Assembly (NCBI GenBank): GCA_963806225.1
Contig: CAWDXG010000001.1
Span: forward strand, 896,001 to 960,000
Origin: an uncultured delta proteobacterium
GTDB taxonomy: Bacteria; Myxococcota_A; Polyangia; Polyangiales; Polyangiaceae
Reading direction: 5' to 3'
DNA length: 64,000 nucleotides
This document shows positions 61,579-64,000 of the stretch, piece after piece. Both the position numbers and the translations under genes were made by a program. The number at the start of each line of letters is the position of its first letter. Position 1 is the stretch's first letter. The notes under the pieces are model-generated. The model was not told where the DNA came from, ran no database searches, and saw only the letters and a list, made by a program, of their open reading frames with translations.

Positions 61579-62799
61579 ATGGGCGCGCTGTCCAAGCACG
61601 GGAGAACTCGTTCGGTCGTGGCGATTGTGGTCGCCGCCGCGTTCCCGCTCGGCCTCGCAGTCGGCTGCCGCAAGTCCGGCGGTCATGGACACGGACACCG
61701 CGGTGGACCGGTTCCCGTCACGGTCGCCAAGGCCGTGCAGAAGCCGATGCCGGTAGAGGTGCGCGCCATCGGCAGCGTTGAAGCCTTGAGCACCGTGCAG
61801 GTCGTCGCGCAGGTCACGGGCGAGATCCGCGACGTGCACTTCAAGGAAGGCGACAGCGTCAAGAAGGGGGACCTGCTCTTCACCATCGATACCAGTCCGT
61901 ACCGCGCCACGCTGGGGGAGGCGACCGCGCGGCTGAAGAAGGACAAGGTGCTGGCCGAGCAGGCCCGGGACGACGAGAAGCGCTACCAGAAACTGCTGGT
62001 ACAGGGGCTGGCGACGCAGCAGGAGTACGATACCAAGCGCTCCAACGCCGCCGCGCTCGAAGCGACGTTGGCCGCGGACCGTTCGTCCATCGCGAGCGCG
62101 CGGATCAACGTCCAGTATGCGGCGATCCGTGCGCCTATCGAGGGACGCACCGGCAGTCTGCTGGTCCACGCGGGCAACGTGGTGCGTGCGAACGACAGCC
62201 AGTCGCTGGTGGTGATCCGGCGCATCGAGCCGATCTACGTGCGCTTCGCCGTGCCCGAGCGCTACCTGTCGCGTGTCAAGCGGCGCATGGCAGCGGGCGA
62301 GGTGGTTGTGCGCGCCCGCCCGCGCGGCAGTTCCGCGCCGCCCGAGCGCGGAACGCTCACGTTCATCGAGAACACGGTGGACACGACGACGGGAACCATC
62401 GACCTCAAGGCCCGCTTCGACAACCAGCACGACGTGCTCTGGCCTGGTCAGTTCGTCGATGTGACGGTCGAGCTCAGCGTGGAAAAGAACGCCCTCGTCG
62501 TGCCTGACCCGGCCGTGGAGAGCGGACAGAGCGGGACCTACGTGTACGTCATCGGTCCTGACCACAAGGCCGCGCTCAGACATGTGCAGGTCGAACGCCA
62601 CGTGGGCGACGAAATCGTCCTCTCGCGCGGCGTCAAACCTGGAGAGAGCGTGGTGACCGACGGCCAGGTGCGCCTGCGCGACGGCGCCGCGGTGCAGATC
62701 AAGAAGGAGTCGCCCATCGCGCCCGGGAGCAGCGCGCCGCGCGCCTCGTCCGCGCCGGTGGGTCCCCGGGCCAGACACCGTTCCGAGGCGCGGGATTGA
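61579..62799 (+). CDS. RND efflux membrane fusion protein (MdtA-like)
   Basis: PVPVTVA, VKKGDLLFTID, IRAPIEGRTG, VDTTTGTI, LWPGQFV. Confidence 0.93.
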   Translation: MGALSKHGRTRSVVAIVVAAAFPLGLAVGCRKSGGHGHGHRGGPVPVTVAKAVQKPMPVEVRAIGSVEALSTVQVVAQVTGEIRDVHFKEGDSVKKGDLLFTIDTSPYRATLGEATARLKKDKVLAEQARDDEKRYQKLLVQGLATQQEYDTKRSNAAALEATLAADRSSIASARINVQYAAIRAPIEGRTGSLLVHAGNVVRANDSQSLVVIRRIEPIYVRFAVPERYLSRVKRRMAAGEVVVRARPRGSSAPPERGTLTFIENTVDTTTGTIDLKARFDNQHDVLWPGQFVDVTVELSVEKNALVVPDPAVESGQSGTYVYVIGPDHKAALRHVQVERHVGDEIVLSRGVKPGESVVTDGQVRLRDGAAVQIKKESPIAPGSSAPRASSAPVGPRARHRSEARD

Positions 62800-64000
62800 A
62801 CATCTCCAGTCTGTTCATCCGCCGGCCGGTCGCCACGACGCTGGTGATGATCGCCATCGTGGCGTTCGGGGTGCTGGCGTACAGCAAGCTGCCGGTCAGC
62901 GCCCTGCCGAACGTCGACTTCCCGACCATCCTGGTCTCCGCACAGCTGCCGGGCGCGAACCCGGAGACCATGGCGGCGTCGGTCGCCACGCCGCTGGAAC
63001 GCGAGTTCTCGACGATCGCTGGACTCGACTCGATGAACTCGTCGAGCTCCCTCGGCGGCACCCAGATCACGCTGCAGTTCGATCTGTCGCGGAACATCGA
63101 CAACGCCGCCCAGGACGTGCAGGCGGCGATCGCGCGCGCCGGCGGTCAGCTGCCGAAGGACATGCCGTCGCCCCCGTCGTACCGGAAGGTGAATCCGGCG
63201 GAGCGACCGATCCTGTACCTGGCGCTCAGCTCGAAGACCCTGCCGCTCTACACGGTCGACGAGTACGCCGAGACGAGGCTCGCGGAGAAGATCTCGACGG
63301 TGAGCGGCGTGGCGCAGGTCTCGGTCTACGGCTCGCAGAAGTACGCCGTGCGCATCCAGGCCGACCCGGACGCCCTGGCCAGCCGCGGTATCGGGCTGGA
63401 CGAGCTGGCCAGCGCGGTGAGCGCCTCCAACGTCAATCTGCCCACCGGTACCCTGTACGGACCCAACAAGGCCTACACCATCGAGGCGAACGGGCAGCTG
63501 ACCGAGGCGAAGGCGTATCGCAAGGTGATCGTCGCCTACCGGAATGGCAGCCCCATCCGGCTCGACGACGTTGCGAAGGCTATCGATAGCGTCGAGAACG
63601 ACAAGACCGCCGCATGGAACACCGACCGCCGGGCGGTCGTGCTCGCGATCGAGAAGCAGCCGGGCGCGAACACCGTGGAGGTCAGCACGGCGGTCAAGAA
63701 GCTGCTGCCAGCATTCCGTCAGGAAGTGCCGGGCGCGGTGCGCCTGCAGGTGCTCTTCGATCGCTCCGAATCGGTGAAGGAGTCCGTCGCGGACGTGCAG
63801 TACACGCTGCTGGCGACCCTGGCGCTGGTCGTCATGGTGATCTTCCTGTTCCTGAGGAAGCTCTCCGCGACGCTCATTCCCAGTCTGGCCATGCCGCTGG
63901 CGATCGTCGGCACGTTCGCGGTGATGTATCTGCTGGGGTACACGCTGGACAACCTCTCGCTGATGGCGCTGACGCTCAGCGTCGGTTTCGTGGTGGACGA
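62796..64000 (+). CDS. RND efflux permease (MdtB/MdtC-like), partial; runs off the window
   Basis: TTG start overlapping the MFP TGA; manual translation MNISSLFIRRPVATTL..LPVSALPNVDFPTI..PGANPETMAASVATPLE..GFVVD. Confidence 0.93.
   Translation, partial: MNISSLFIRRPVATTLVMIAIVAFGVLAYSKLPVSALPNVDFPTILVSAQLPGANPETMAASVATPLEREFSTIAGLDSMNSSSSLGGTQITLQFDLSRNIDNAAQDVQAAIARAGGQLPKDMPSPPSYRKVNPAERPILYLALSSKTLPLYTVDEYAETRLAEKISTVSGVAQVSVYGSQKYAVRIQADPDALASRGIGLDELASAVSASNVNLPTGTLYGPNKAYTIEANGQLTEAKAYRKVIVAYRNGSPIRLDDVAKAIDSVENDKTAAWNTDRRAVVLAIEKQPGANTVEVSTAVKKLLPAFRQEVPGAVRLQVLFDRSESVKESVADVQYTLLATLALVVMVIFLFLRKLSATLIPSLAMPLAIVGTFAVMYLLGYTLDNLSLMALTLSVGFVVD

Overview
Very GC-rich, gene-dense 64-kb window, probably from a myxobacterium (Polyangia/Sorangiineae-like). 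This is inferred from the many lipoproteins with Gly/Ala/Ser-rich linkers, Cys-rich lipoproteins and sigma54-type promoters; it is not proven. No rRNA, tRNA, CRISPR or intact mobile element was seen. Main content: (1) A long minus-strand energy cluster (4.3-34.4 kb). It holds a selenocysteine formate dehydrogenase alpha subunit (in-frame UGA plus SECIS), an ~8.6-kb block of unrelated genes, Fdh beta, NrfD and Lon. A complete N-type ATPase operon (atpDCQRBEFAG) follows and overlaps directly with a group 3b [NiFe]-hydrogenase operon (beta, cNMP-binding protein, gamma, delta, alpha, maturation protease, hypF). (2) A compact six-gene operon for which I know no characterised function (45.7-52.5 kb): PqqD/RRE-like protein, ATP-grasp ligase, PLP decarboxylase, urea-transporter/M23-peptidase fusion, TPR plus putative beta-barrel, and secreted TPR. 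This is the best candidate for an undescribed system. (3) A TetR - sphingosine-1-phosphate-lyase-like - MlrC operon with twin operators, a tandem PARP-type zinc-finger protein, an EF-hand transaldolase, an ADP-forming acyl-CoA ligase, a GspE/PilB ATPase, a radical SAM plus GT4 pair, a hybrid kinase and an RND pump. Several apparent single-base frameshifts (hydrogenase gamma, lon, gspE) look like assembly errors. Start codons were chosen by eye.
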